Source: an uncultured bacterium
GTDB taxonomy: Bacteria; Actinomycetota; Acidimicrobiia; Spongiisociales; UBA5794
Direction of reading: 5' to 3'
NCBI GenBank assembly: GCA_963801165.1
Contig: CAWDDT010000004.1
Span: forward strand, 800,001 to 864,000
Length of the DNA stretch: 64,000 bases
Part shown: positions 1 through 9,657 of the stretch, one piece after another
How positions within the stretch are numbered: the first letter of the stretch is position 1
How the letters are laid out: each line of letters opens with the position of its first letter
Program-made: the position numbers and the translations under genes
Notes under the pieces: model-generated
Seen by the model: the letters and a program-made list of their open reading frames with translations, nothing else
What the model was told of the DNA's origin: nothing
Databases searched by the model: none

Positions 1-1021
1 CGTCCTCGACGTCGAGCATCTCGAGATCGCCGATGGAGAGTTGCTCGTTCTCCTCGGCCCTTCCGGGGCGGGCAAATCGACACTGCTGCGAGCGATAGCG
101 GGCTTGGAGCCGTTGAGCGGCGGGACGATCCGATTCGACGGCGTCGACATGGCCCGCGTCGACACGGCAGAGCGTGGCGTGGCCATGGTGTTTCAAAACG
201 ATGCGCTGTACCCATTCCTCGACGTACGAGGCAATGTCGGTTTTCCCCTCAATGTGCGGCGCGTGTCCAGAAACGAGGTGACAGCGCGCGTCGAGGCCGA
301 GGCGCGCGTGCTCGAGATCGAGCATCTGCTGGCGAAAAAGCCCGGCGAGCTCAGCGCCGGGCACCAACAGCTCGTGCAGGCAGCGCGGGCGCTGGTGCGG
401 GTGCCGAAGGTGTTCCTGATGGACGAGCCGCTGGCCCGGCTCGACGCACACATGCGGGTCCAGATGCGTCAGGAGCTTCGTCTGTTGCAGCGGGGGTACG
501 GTGTGACAACGGTGTTTGTCACCAACAGCAACGACGAGGCGATGGTTCTGGCAGATCAGCTTGCGGTGATCGATCGAGGGACGATACGGCAGATCGGGGC
601 GCCGCTCGAGCTGTACAGGGATCCGCACAGCCGCTTCGTCGGCGGATTTGTCGGCACGATGGGCTTCGTCCCGGCGAAAGTGGTCCGCGACGGCCGGGGG
701 TTCTGGATTCGGTTTGGGGGCTTCGGGTTGCGCGCATGGGCGCCTGCGCTGGCTTCGGCGGTGACAGTTGACGTTGGGGTCCGGCCTGAGGATGTGATCC
801 CGGACGCTGGTGGCGTATCGGTGAATGTTGGCCACGGCTGGTTCACGGGCGCAAATGGAGCGGCCCGTGTCGAGCTGGCGCCAGGGGAGTGGGTGGAGAT
901 GCGGACAGAAAATCCGCCCCCGGTCGCAGGATCGCGCATCGGTGTGCGGCTACGCCGTCTTCACTTGTTCGACCCGGCAACCGGGGGGTCGGTCGGTCGA
1001 ATCGAAGACGGCGCAGCCTAG
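1..1021 (+). CDS. MalK/UgpC-like sugar ABC transporter ATP-binding protein (5' truncated by window edge)
   Basis: Walker A GPSGAGKS, Q-loop VFQ, Walker B FLMDEP, TOBE-like C-terminus (GVRPED); frame open from base 2. Confidence 0.9.
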   Translation, partial: VLDVEHLEIADGELLVLLGPSGAGKSTLLRAIAGLEPLSGGTIRFDGVDMARVDTAERGVAMVFQNDALYPFLDVRGNVGFPLNVRRVSRNEVTARVEAEARVLEIEHLLAKKPGELSAGHQQLVQAARALVRVPKVFLMDEPLARLDAHMRVQMRQELRLLQRGYGVTTVFVTNSNDEAMVLADQLAVIDRGTIRQIGAPLELYRDPHSRFVGGFVGTMGFVPAKVVRDGRGFWIRFGGFGLRAWAPALASAVTVDVGVRPEDVIPDAGGVSVNVGHGWFTGANGAARVELAPGEWVEMRTENPPPVAGSRIGVRLRRLHLFDPATGGSVGRIEDGAA

Positions 1022-1065
1022 GAGCATGGTGCAGCCTCGAAGAACTAGCCTCGAAGAACTGTGGG

Positions 1066-1350
1066 CTACTTGTTGTGCTTCGGCTTGTCCCGCTTGATGA
1101 TCCGCTCGGCCGACTTGCGCGCCTCGGTAACCGTGTCCTTCTGGGTCAGCTGGAAGCTCTTGGCCCCCGGGACTGCCTCTTCGCCACCCTTCATGTGCGC
1201 GGTGAGTTGCAGACGCACCTTGCCTTTGGCGGCGGCACCGGTGAACACGTTGTCGCCTTTGGTGTTCTTGATCTTGTAAACCGCCGCTTTGTCGTTGGCC
1301 GCCTCGGCTACGGTTGTCGCATTGAGGTTGCCTGCCATCTTGCCTGCCAT
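1066..1350 (-). CDS. small basic protein, degenerate GIY-YIG-like fold
   Basis: ATG at 1350 with AAGGAG RBS; AVYKI...FTG...IIKRDKPKHN resembles the GIY-YIG pattern. Confidence 0.6.
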   Translation of the reverse strand: MAGKMAGNLNATTVAEAANDKAAVYKIKNTKGDNVFTGAAAKGKVRLQLTAHMKGGEEAVPGAKSFQLTQKDTVTEARKSAERIIKRDKPKHNK

Positions 1351-1528
1351 GTCTGGCTCCTTGGGGATAGGGACCGCACCGCGCACTCGCGCTCCCCGCC
1401 AACCTAGACCCAACATCCCCAATACCCGCGGAAATCGGGTGCCCCCAACAGTTTTGTGCGTATCTCAGTCGTGCGTATCTCAGTACGCAGTTACGTACCC
1501 GTAAACGGCCGAGCAGGGAGGTACGGGC

Positions 1529-2398
1529 TCAACCGCCGAGGGCCCGATGCAGGAAGGCGGCCATCTGGCCGCGGGTCACCGCACTGTTCGGGCAGTACTT
1601 GTCGTTGGCGGGTGGGTTACAGCCCTTGGTCACGCCAGCGGTCGCCAGTTTCACGATGTTCGTCTCGAACACGTTGCCGCCGATGTCGGTGAAGTTGACG
1701 CCACCATCGACAGCCGTATAGCTGAAGGCACGCACCAGGAATGCTGCCATCTGGCCGCGGGTCACCGGATCGTTGGGGCAGTACTTGTCGTTGGCGGGTG
1801 GGTTGCAGCCCTTGGTGACCCCGGCAGTCGCCAACTTGTTGATGTCCGTCTCGAAAGTGCTCCCGGCGGTGTCGGTGAACCCGGCATCGGGTGCTGCCGT
1901 GTAGCCGAGCGCCCGGGATAGGAAAGCCGCCATCTGACCTCTCGTCACCACCTGGTTCGGGCAAAACAACGTGTTGTAGGGCGGGTTGCATCCTTTGGTG
2001 ATCCCCTCACCGGCCAGCCACTCGATGTCATTGAGGAACACGCTGCCGTCGTCATCCGCAAACGTTCCGTCGAACGGCAGGATCTCGATCAGGGTAATCG
2101 CCGGCCCGTCCGCCGTGTTGGCGGTGATCCCGAAAGTACCTGGCTCGTTGTAGACATGCGTGGCCTGGTGTGCACCGGCGGACAGGAACAGCGTGTCCTG
2201 GGCAGATCCGTCGCCCCAGTCGACACTCACTATCGCGATGATCGGGACGTCGGTGAGCGTTATCGTCGCGCCGACGGTCTGGCCGACATCCGCGGTGGCC
2301 GGTGCGGTGATGGTCGCAGTCACAGCCGCAGCAGGTCCGGCGACCAGGGTGACGCTTGCTGCAATCAGCCCTATCGCGAGCGCAAGCCGAGTTCTCAT
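1529..2398 (-). CDS. secreted PKD-like + S-layer homology (SLH) domain protein
   Basis: signal peptide; VDWGDG...HVY PKD motif; three GITKGCNPP..CP..VTRGQMAAF repeats. Confidence 0.85.
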   Translation of the reverse strand: MRTRLALAIGLIAASVTLVAGPAAAVTATITAPATADVGQTVGATITLTDVPIIAIVSVDWGDGSAQDTLFLSAGAHQATHVYNEPGTFGITANTADGPAITLIEILPFDGTFADDDGSVFLNDIEWLAGEGITKGCNPPYNTLFCPNQVVTRGQMAAFLSRALGYTAAPDAGFTDTAGSTFETDINKLATAGVTKGCNPPANDKYCPNDPVTRGQMAAFLVRAFSYTAVDGGVNFTDIGGNVFETNIVKLATAGVTKGCNPPANDKYCPNSAVTRGQMAAFLHRALGG

Positions 2399-2603
2399 GA
2401 GGCCCCCTTCGATTCCTTGCTACGCCTCCGTCTACCGCTGATTATCCCACTCGATTGGTTTAGGCGCTTCCCTGCCCCCGCTTGTCGAAATCGAGGACCA
2501 CCATCGGGCTGTTGGCAACGTGTGTTGCCGTGGCGGGGATGTCGTGGCCGTCAGGCAGATGAACGGTGAGTGCGAAGCAGCTGCAGGGTCGTGGGGTCGA
2601 GCG

Positions 2604-3233
2604 TTACACGGTCGCGCTCTCGCCCCAATCGAGCGTGAGCACCTCGATGCCCGATTCGGCCAGAACGTTCTTGGCCATCGTGTAGATCCACTGCTTGCCC
2701 TGGTCCGAGAGGTAGAAGTCGTGGACGGGTACGACCTGTCGTGGACGCAAATCGCGGGCAAACTGCATGCTTCTGGTGGTCGAGCCCCACGGTGTGAGCA
2801 TGCCGAGAGCCAGCACGGGTGCGCTCCGGGTTGGGGCGTAGCTGTCGCCGGGGTGCGTGATGGTCCCGGCGATCGTCCATGCCCGGTTCGGCGGGGCACC
2901 ACCGGACGGGGTGGTCTCGTGGCGGACGTCCTCAACGGATGTCCCTTCGGGGACACCCGTGTCGACGGTTATCCCGGACTTCTCTAGCAGGGCGGCAACC
3001 GCCTCGTTGCCGTAGACGGCTACGTCCGTTCCACGGTCCAGCAGCCACTTCACGAAATCGGGGTTGACATGATCTCCGTGCTCGTGTGTCACCAGGATTC
3101 TCTGGACGTCCCCGATGGTGTCCAGATCGATCACGCTGTTGCGGAACGTATGGAAGCCGGGGTCGAATAGCGTCGTCCCGTCGTTGGTGGTGACGAGAAG
3201 ACACGAATCGGTGAGACGTCTGATGGTGCTCAT
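2604..3233 (-). CDS. MBL-fold metallo-hydrolase
   Basis: THEHGDH motif, HPGDS, PVHD; leaderless -10 TAGGGT. Confidence 0.85.
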   Translation of the reverse strand: MSTIRRLTDSCLLVTTNDGTTLFDPGFHTFRNSVIDLDTIGDVQRILVTHEHGDHVNPDFVKWLLDRGTDVAVYGNEAVAALLEKSGITVDTGVPEGTSVEDVRHETTPSGGAPPNRAWTIAGTITHPGDSYAPTRSAPVLALGMLTPWGSTTRSMQFARDLRPRQVVPVHDFYLSDQGKQWIYTMAKNVLAESGIEVLTLDWGESATV

Positions 3234-3272
3234 GAAGTCGACCCTAGTGCAACACCGGAGGAGACGAGCCGG

Positions 3273-3617
3273 TCACTTGTCCGGGACGAAGGTGGTGAGC
3301 ACTGCGCTCACGATCGAGATGACGATCGCCCCGAGCAGCGCCGACCAGAAGTCCTTGATCGACAGTGCCTCGGTGAGCCCCGCAGTGAGCCCCAGCATCG
3401 CCGCGTTGATGACCAGCGTGAACAAGCCCAGGCTGAGGATGATCACCGGGAACGACAGCACCTTCAGGATCGGTTTGATGAACGTGTTGACCAGCCCGAA
3501 GATCAGGGCGACGATCAGAATGGTGAGGAACGCGCCGTCGAGCGTGATACCGCTGATCAGCTTGCTCGCAGCCCAGAGTGCGGCGGCGTTGATGAGTAGC
3601 TTGAGGATGAGTCGCAT
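3273..3617 (-). CDS. phage-holin-family (YvlD/DUF360-like) 4TM membrane protein
   Basis: GLVNTFIKPILKVLSFP...LGLFTLVINA motif; hydrophobic. Confidence 0.85.
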   Translation of the reverse strand: MRLILKLLINAAALWAASKLISGITLDGAFLTILIVALIFGLVNTFIKPILKVLSFPVIILSLGLFTLVINAAMLGLTAGLTEALSIKDFWSALLGAIVISIVSAVLTTFVPDK

Positions 3618-3829
3618 GGCATCAGCCTAGGAGGGTGGCGATCATTTTGCCGTGAAGGGTCGCTTTTTTCGATATCTCCTAGGTTGTCGGGTCAGGTATA
3701 GAGCTTGAACTGGAATTCTTCGGCGCCCGTCCAAGAAGATCCTCGAACTCGATGAGGGGGTGTCGGCTCCGTGTCTTGATAAGCTCAATCGTCCGGCTCT
3801 CGGACAGCACGCAGCGCAGGACATGGCAT

Positions 3830-5200
3830 ATGGAGATTCCTCCGGTCAGATACCCCGACGACTTCCTGTGGGGTGTGGCGACGTCTGCCTACCAGATCGA
3901 AGGCGCGGTGGCAGAAGGGGGGCGGGCGCCGAGCATCTGGGACACGTTCAGCCATGCCCCGGGGCGGACCCACAACGGCGAGACGGGAGACATTGCCGTC
4001 GATCACTATCACCGGGTTGCCGGTGACGTGGCCCTGATGGAGGAGATCGGGGTGAACGCCTACCGGTTCTCGATCTCGTGGCCGCGTTTGGTGCCGAACC
4101 TCGACGGCCCGGTCAACGCCGCCGCGGTGAGGTTCTACCGCGATCTTCTCGAGAAGCTGCACGGCGCGGGGATCACACCGGTGGCGACGCTGTACCACTG
4201 GGACCTTCCGCAGAGTCTGCAGGATCGGGGAGGATGGCTCAATCCCAAATCATCAGATTGGTTTGCCGGATACGCCGCCGCGGCCGTGGAGAATCTCGGT
4301 GATCTGGTTCCCCTGTGGCTGACCCTCAACGAGCCGTGGTGTGCGGCCTTCATGGGATACGGCTCCGGGGTACACGCGCCCGGCATCACCGACCCGGGCT
4401 CCAGCTATGTCGCAGCACACAACATGATGCTCGCCCATCACAAGGCGATCGGAGCCATGAGGGCGGCGTCACCCGGTCGCCGGATCAATGTCGGGATAGC
4501 GCTCAACCTCATTCCGACGTGGCCGGCCAGCGACGCCTCGGCCGACCGGGAAGTGGCCGATGCGGTGAACATGGTGCACAACTGGCAGTTCACCGATGCA
4601 GTGTTTCACGGCACCTACCCGGAGCTGATTCTCGAATATCACCGCAGGTTCGGCGTCGCCGATCGAATAGATGCGACCCCGATGGCGGATGTCCGGCAGG
4701 ATATCGACTACCTGGGGATCAACTACTACAACGTGAACCGGTTCCGTTACGAAGCCGGGGCGCAGCCACCTGGCGAGTATCCGGGCGCCGATGGGGCCGT
4801 TCCGGTGATGCCCCCGGGGCATCTCACCGACATGGGCTGGGGTGTTGAGCCCACCGGGCTGCGATGGATGCTCGACCAGGTTGTCGCCAACTACCCGCAT
4901 GTGCCGCTCTATATCTCCGAGAACGGCGCCGCCTATCCCGACGAAGTCACCGGCGACGGAGCGATCCAAGACCAATTGCGGATCGACTATCTCCAGAAGC
5001 ATACGGCAGTCGTTGCCGGGGCAGTTGCGGCCGGGATCGACCTGCGGGGCTACTTTGTCTGGTCGCTGCTCGACAACTACGAGTGGGCTGAGGGATACCG
5101 AATGCGCTTCGGTTTGGTACGCGTTGATCGGGGCACTCAGGAACGGACCATCCGCTCCAGCGGCCACTGGTACCGCGATTTCATCAGCAAGGCCCGGTGA
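3830..5200 (+). CDS. GH1 beta-glucosidase
   Basis: FLWGVATSAYQIEG, TLYHWDLP, TLNEP, ISENG, DNYEW motifs; start re-assigned to ATG 3830. Confidence 0.95.
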   Translation: MEIPPVRYPDDFLWGVATSAYQIEGAVAEGGRAPSIWDTFSHAPGRTHNGETGDIAVDHYHRVAGDVALMEEIGVNAYRFSISWPRLVPNLDGPVNAAAVRFYRDLLEKLHGAGITPVATLYHWDLPQSLQDRGGWLNPKSSDWFAGYAAAAVENLGDLVPLWLTLNEPWCAAFMGYGSGVHAPGITDPGSSYVAAHNMMLAHHKAIGAMRAASPGRRINVGIALNLIPTWPASDASADREVADAVNMVHNWQFTDAVFHGTYPELILEYHRRFGVADRIDATPMADVRQDIDYLGINYYNVNRFRYEAGAQPPGEYPGADGAVPVMPPGHLTDMGWGVEPTGLRWMLDQVVANYPHVPLYISENGAAYPDEVTGDGAIQDQLRIDYLQKHTAVVAGAVAAGIDLRGYFVWSLLDNYEWAEGYRMRFGLVRVDRGTQERTIRSSGHWYRDFISKAR

Positions 5201-5235
5201 GCTTGCCACCCGATTGGGTGGCGTAGTCTGTCGTG

Positions 5236-6141
5236 ATGTCGACACGTATTTGGGGCGCGCTGCTCCTCGCGTCTTTCGCCTGGGGTACCAACGGGGTCGC
5301 GACACGGGCGACTCTGAACACAGGTGTGCCGCCCGTGACGATCGTTGCCATCAGAGCGGTCCTCGCCTCGGCGGTGCTCTATGCCTTGTTGCGGATGCGG
5401 GGGAAGGGCTTTCCGAGACGTTGGGAGACGTGGTCGGGCGCCCTCGTGCAGGGCCTATTCCAGTTGTCGGCTCCCTTCATCCTGTTCAACTTCGCATACG
5501 ACCACGCCTCGGCCGGGTTTGTCGGGCTTTTCGCCGCCTTGATCCCTCTTGGTACCGCGATTGTGGCGCACTTCATGCTGCAGGATGAGCCGATGCATGT
5601 GGGCAAGCTCGCCGGGCTGTCTCTCGCTTTTCTGGGGGTTGGGTTGCTGTTGCTCAGTGGCGACAGTGGTCTCGCCGACGGGGGTAACCCGCTGTTGGCG
5701 GCGGGGTTGTCGATTGGCGCGGTGACGGCCATCTCCTATGCCGGTGTGTACGCCAAACTCCATTCCCACGATTACGACCCGTTGGATATCACGTTCATGC
5801 AATTCTTCATCGGCATGTTCGTCGTCGGTGCCGCCATGCTGCTACTGGAAGGCCTTCCGGGTGCCATCTCGACGTGGGCGTGGCTGCTCATCATCTACAT
5901 GACCGTCGTCGGCAGCGTCCTCCCGTTCCTCATTTTCTTCTGGCTGCTGCGTCGTGTCTCCGCGACGAAGGCTTCGCTCGTGGGATACATCATCCCAGTT
6001 GTGGCCCTGGTGGCGGGCATCGTCCTGCTCGACGAGAAGCTGCAGGTGGGGATCGGCGTGGGTGGCGTGTTGATCCTCGCCGGGGTCGTGCTCACCGACC
6101 GTGCCGAGCGGCGCAAGTTCCCGGCAGCTCCCGTTCCCTAG
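5236..6141 (+). CDS. DMT/EamA family transporter
   Basis: about 10 TM helices in two EamA repeats; -10 TAGTCT 6 nt before ATG. Confidence 0.9.
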   Translation: MSTRIWGALLLASFAWGTNGVATRATLNTGVPPVTIVAIRAVLASAVLYALLRMRGKGFPRRWETWSGALVQGLFQLSAPFILFNFAYDHASAGFVGLFAALIPLGTAIVAHFMLQDEPMHVGKLAGLSLAFLGVGLLLLSGDSGLADGGNPLLAAGLSIGAVTAISYAGVYAKLHSHDYDPLDITFMQFFIGMFVVGAAMLLLEGLPGAISTWAWLLIIYMTVVGSVLPFLIFFWLLRRVSATKASLVGYIIPVVALVAGIVLLDEKLQVGIGVGGVLILAGVVLTDRAERRKFPAAPVP

Positions 6142-6621
6142 TCAGCTGTTCGTCCCGGCCGCATGCCGGGCCACCACTACGTCGAGCAGAGGCTCGACCC
6201 TGACGTTGTGGCGGGTGAGCGTCTCGCCGCAGGCCGCACAAGCGGGCACCATGTGGGTGACCTCGCCACACCCTTTGTGGATCGCCACGCGCTCTATGTC
6301 GGAGTGTTCCCACCGGTCGCCGAAACGCCAGATCGCCATCAGCACGTCGAAAAGATCGCGGCCCTTGTCGGTCAGCCTGTACTCGTGGCGTGGTGGATGA
6401 TCTTGATAGGGGACGGTCGTGAGAACGTCGTGCCGGATCAGTTCGTTCAGCCGGTCTGTGAGCACGTTGCGAGATATCTGGAGATCAACCTGAAAGTCGT
6501 CGAAGCGGCGTACGCCAAAGAAGGCGTCACGCAATATGAGGAGAGTCCATCGGTCCCCGATGACATCGATCGTCTCGGCGACAACACAATCGAGATGGTC
6601 GAGCGATTTCCTTGCCGGCAT
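6142..6621 (-). CDS. HxlR-family winged-helix transcriptional regulator
   Basis: C....IGDRWTLLILRDAF...RRFDDF...EYRLTDKGRDL. Confidence 0.9.
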   Translation of the reverse strand: MPARKSLDHLDCVVAETIDVIGDRWTLLILRDAFFGVRRFDDFQVDLQISRNVLTDRLNELIRHDVLTTVPYQDHPPRHEYRLTDKGRDLFDVLMAIWRFGDRWEHSDIERVAIHKGCGEVTHMVPACAACGETLTRHNVRVEPLLDVVVARHAAGTNS

Positions 6622-6642
6622 GGTCTGAGCCTATCCGCATCG

Positions 6643-6693
6643 GTTGCGTAATACAACTCACTTCGAGTAGCGTTAGTTGCGTTACGCAACTAA
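6643..6693. promoter_or_regulatory. two related palindromic operator sites between divergent HxlR regulator and hydrolase
   Basis: perfect inverted repeat TTAGTTGCGT-T-ACGCAACTAA (6673-6693) and related GTTGCGTAATACAAC (6643-6657). Confidence 0.7.
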
Positions 6694-6704
6694 TTGGGGA
6701 AGCA

Positions 6705-7511
6705 ATGGCAGAGAGGTTCATCCCACGCATCGCGTCGATTGTCAGCCGGGTGTTTCCCGCACTCGGTGCGCGCATCGCCTGGTATCTGTGGTTCCGCCCA
6801 CGTGGCCGGGAGAGCAGACGCTACCCGGACGGTGCGGAGAAGTTCACGTTCGAGTTGTTTGGTCGCGTTGTGAACGGGTTTGCAGTTGGTTCCGGCGACC
6901 CGGTGATTCTGCTGCACGGCTGGGGCGGGGCGTCAACGGACATGGCCCCACTCGCCGTCGCGCTCGCCGGGGCGGGCTATCGGGCGGTGGCACCCGATCT
7001 CCCGGGGCATGGCGCCGACCGCAGGTCAGACACCGATGTGTTCCGAATGGCGGCGGCGGTGGATGCCGTCGTCGGAATGTTCGGCCCGCCTCGCGCCGTC
7101 GTTGCCCACTCCTTTGGGTCTCTCGTCACGTTCGTCGCGTTCCAGCACGGTGGCGCCGGGCGGGTGGTGCTGGTCGCACCGGCCCTGAAGGGGGAGTGGT
7201 TTGTCGATGTGTTCCGTGCCCGGCTCGGTCTCGGTGACAAGGCGTACCAGCGGTTCCGCAGGCGGTTTGTCGCCTTCGCCGGTCCACAGGTTATGGGTGC
7301 GATGCGCGGCAAGAGCGATGTGCGCGACGCTGAGATGCTGGTTCTTCACGATCCGGCCGACGGTCGCACCCCGTTCGGAGACGCAGCCGAGTTCGCCTCT
7401 GCGAGGCCGGGGACCAAACTGATCGAAGTCCCGGCGACCGGGCACGCGGGCATCCTGCGTAGCGAGGTCACCCACGAGGAGACCATCGCCTTTATCGCCT
7501 CAGGTCAGTGA
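6705..7511 (+). CDS. alpha/beta-fold hydrolase
   Basis: LLHGWGG, DLPGHG, AHSFG nucleophile elbow, terminal GH. Confidence 0.9.
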   Translation: MAERFIPRIASIVSRVFPALGARIAWYLWFRPRGRESRRYPDGAEKFTFELFGRVVNGFAVGSGDPVILLHGWGGASTDMAPLAVALAGAGYRAVAPDLPGHGADRRSDTDVFRMAAAVDAVVGMFGPPRAVVAHSFGSLVTFVAFQHGGAGRVVLVAPALKGEWFVDVFRARLGLGDKAYQRFRRRFVAFAGPQVMGAMRGKSDVRDAEMLVLHDPADGRTPFGDAAEFASARPGTKLIEVPATGHAGILRSEVTHEETIAFIASGQ

Positions 7512-8053
7512 CCGAGACCAGCGATCCATTCCTGCTGCGTGCGAGGGGACGTGATCCTGACCCAGGTGAGATGACGATGCAGCGGGTCGTCGCGGGCCTC
7601 TTGGTATAGGTGCCGGTACCTGGCGTGCTGGGTCCACGACCAGAGGATGATGTTCTCTTCCGGGTCGGTTTTGATGAGGTTGCGCAATCGCTCCCGATTG
7701 CCGTTCCATAGCTCCCGGCGCAGCACCATCCGGCCCAGGGTGCGTCTGACCACCCGGGACATCACCACTCTGCGAGGCAGGTCGAGCCACACAACGGTGT
7801 CGGCGGCGGCGAACACGAGATCCTGGACGAGGGATCGGTAGTTGCCGTCGACCACCCACGAGTCCGCCTCGATGCGATCGGAGACGATCGCCCGCATGCG
7901 GTTTCGCTCGATCGGCGTCCAATTCTCCTGATGGTGAATGCTGTCGAGCTCGATGTGCTCGCAGCCGATACGTCTGGCGATCTCAGCGGCAAGGGTGGTC
8001 TTGCCCGACCCGCTGTTGCCGACGACTGCGATACGGCGGGGCAGCGGATTCAT
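7505..8053 (-). CDS. adenylate-kinase-like P-loop protein (FlaR/topology-modulation family)
   Basis: GNSGSGKTT, ELDSIHH, WVVDGNY. Confidence 0.85.
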   Translation of the reverse strand: MNPLPRRIAVVGNSGSGKTTLAAEIARRIGCEHIELDSIHHQENWTPIERNRMRAIVSDRIEADSWVVDGNYRSLVQDLVFAAADTVVWLDLPRRVVMSRVVRRTLGRMVLRRELWNGNRERLRNLIKTDPEENIILWSWTQHARYRHLYQEARDDPLHRHLTWVRITSPRTQQEWIAGLGH

Positions 8054-8080
8054 GCGCCCAAGGATGGCACAGGGGTGCGG

Positions 8081-8419
8081 TCAGTAGCGAGACTCGGGCT
8101 CGATCTGCAACGTCTCCTCCCAGAGCTGGAGCAGCGTTTCGAGGTCGCCTGTGACATCTTCGCCCGGGTGCTCCGGCTCGGGAAGGAGGTCGACGATGTC
8201 GAAGTCGAAGGCTGCTTCGCCGTCGTTGTCCCAGTCCGCTTGCAGCCGCTTGCTGGGATGGCTGTCGAGACTCAGCTGGGCGCGAATGCGGTTGAGCATC
8301 GCCGGTGCGTCCCGGCTCGCCCCCAACAGGGTGCGCCCGCTCGGCCTATGAACGACCCGGTACACGCCGGCGGGACGCGGCGTCTCCCTGTAGTGGCGCG
8401 CCAACTCCTTGCGATTCAT
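8081..8419 (-). CDS. GIY-YIG nuclease family protein
   Basis: AGVYRV...LLG...LNR..LQADW...G..AF.F. Confidence 0.75.
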   Translation of the reverse strand: MNRKELARHYRETPRPAGVYRVVHRPSGRTLLGASRDAPAMLNRIRAQLSLDSHPSKRLQADWDNDGEAAFDFDIVDLLPEPEHPGEDVTGDLETLLQLWEETLQIEPESRY

Positions 8420-8532
8420 GTCGGTCCCTTCCGCCTGATCGACTGCCCGGCAAGCCTAGGAATCGCCATGAGCCGGCGGTGACAGGGATACCCTCGCGGC
8501 CCGCAGAAACGACGTCGGTTCACGGTTTGGGG

Positions 8533-9558
8533 TCACCAGCGGGCGTGATGTTCCTCGGCCCACCCCGGAAGTGCGTCGAGAGTATGGGTGTCTCCCGCGT
8601 CGTCGACAACGGTTCCGGAGAAGGCGCCGAACATCTGATGGACCTCGGATCGGATCAGCAGCAGATTGGTTCTCGCCGTTCGTTCCAGAATGGGAGTGAA
8701 GGTGAGATCCACTAGCTCCGATCGTATGGTCCAGGGGCGAATGAAATCCGCATCGTCGTAGGCGAATTCGATGTCGGTGAGCTTGTGAATGCGCCCGTCC
8801 AGGATGAATGTGTTCTCGGTCGCGGCTGAGGTGTCTCCAAATCCGTATCCCATGTTGAGCCCGACCCGACGCCGGTCGCCGAGGAATCCCGATGCGCTCG
8901 CCCACACCCAGAACGAGCGGTACTCCCAGACACCGCGGCCCCAGTCGAGCGTTCCCGAACTCGTCGCGGGGTCGATGGCGACGATCCGGTCACCCACGCT
9001 GATGCTGCCGTGCACCGGCATGCAGTTGATCTTCCGGTTGTAGTAGAAGCGCTGCTCGCCGATCGGGGTGGCGATCACGGTGGACTCGCCCGCGCCATCG
9101 AACTCCAGATCAGCCTGCAGTCGTTTGCCCCCAAAATCCGCCCAGTCAACTGTAACGGCCCTGTGGTCGTCGACGACCTCGAAGGTGAGGGCGGCCCGTT
9201 TTCCCTTCCATGAGGTGGTGCCGGCATCGCTGTTGCGGGGGAGGGTGATGCCGCGGCCGAGAGGGATCGTGATCGTGCCCTCGACGTAGGTCGCCGTGGC
9301 GAAGTCGACCATGTAGGCAAATGCCTGCCCGGCGTACCCGAGGTCGGCGAGGGTGGCCGAGAAGTAGCCGCCGGGGTAGGTGACTCCGTAGTAGTCCCAG
9401 CGCTTGATCCGGTAGCGCTGCCAGGGTCGGGCAAACCGGTAGAAACGGGCTCGCTCCAGGTTGCAGTCGAGCAGCGGCCGGCGTGCCCACCCACGCTGCA
9501 GCAGGGCACCGTCGTGGTCGAGCAGTGAAGATGTCTCGACGATTTCGTGCTCGCTCAT
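8533..9558 (-). CDS. DUF2804 family protein
   Basis: GWARRP, KRWDYY, LDWGRGVW, HQMFG, AEEHHARW; start re-assigned to ATG 9558. Confidence 0.85.
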   Translation of the reverse strand: MSEHEIVETSSLLDHDGALLQRGWARRPLLDCNLERARFYRFARPWQRYRIKRWDYYGVTYPGGYFSATLADLGYAGQAFAYMVDFATATYVEGTITIPLGRGITLPRNSDAGTTSWKGKRAALTFEVVDDHRAVTVDWADFGGKRLQADLEFDGAGESTVIATPIGEQRFYYNRKINCMPVHGSISVGDRIVAIDPATSSGTLDWGRGVWEYRSFWVWASASGFLGDRRRVGLNMGYGFGDTSAATENTFILDGRIHKLTDIEFAYDDADFIRPWTIRSELVDLTFTPILERTARTNLLLIRSEVHQMFGAFSGTVVDDAGDTHTLDALPGWAEEHHARW

Positions 9559-9620
9559 GGGGTCTCCTGATGCTCCCTGTTGGTCCCGATCACGGTAGCG
9601 GGCGGGTGGGCCGTCACATC

Positions 9621-9650
9621 TGGACAGATCGAACATATGTTCGATACAAT
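9621..9650 (+). promoter_or_regulatory. LexA (SOS) box inside a leaderless dinB promoter
   Basis: TCGAAC-ATAT-GTTCGA at 9629-9644, between -35 TGGACA and -10 TACAAT; ATG 7 nt downstream. Confidence 0.9.
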
Positions 9651-9657
9651 GGTCGGC

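Noticed and set aside
3273-3617. Prophage suggested by the holin-family gene
   Set aside because: This family is commonly chromosomal, and no other phage genes are nearby.
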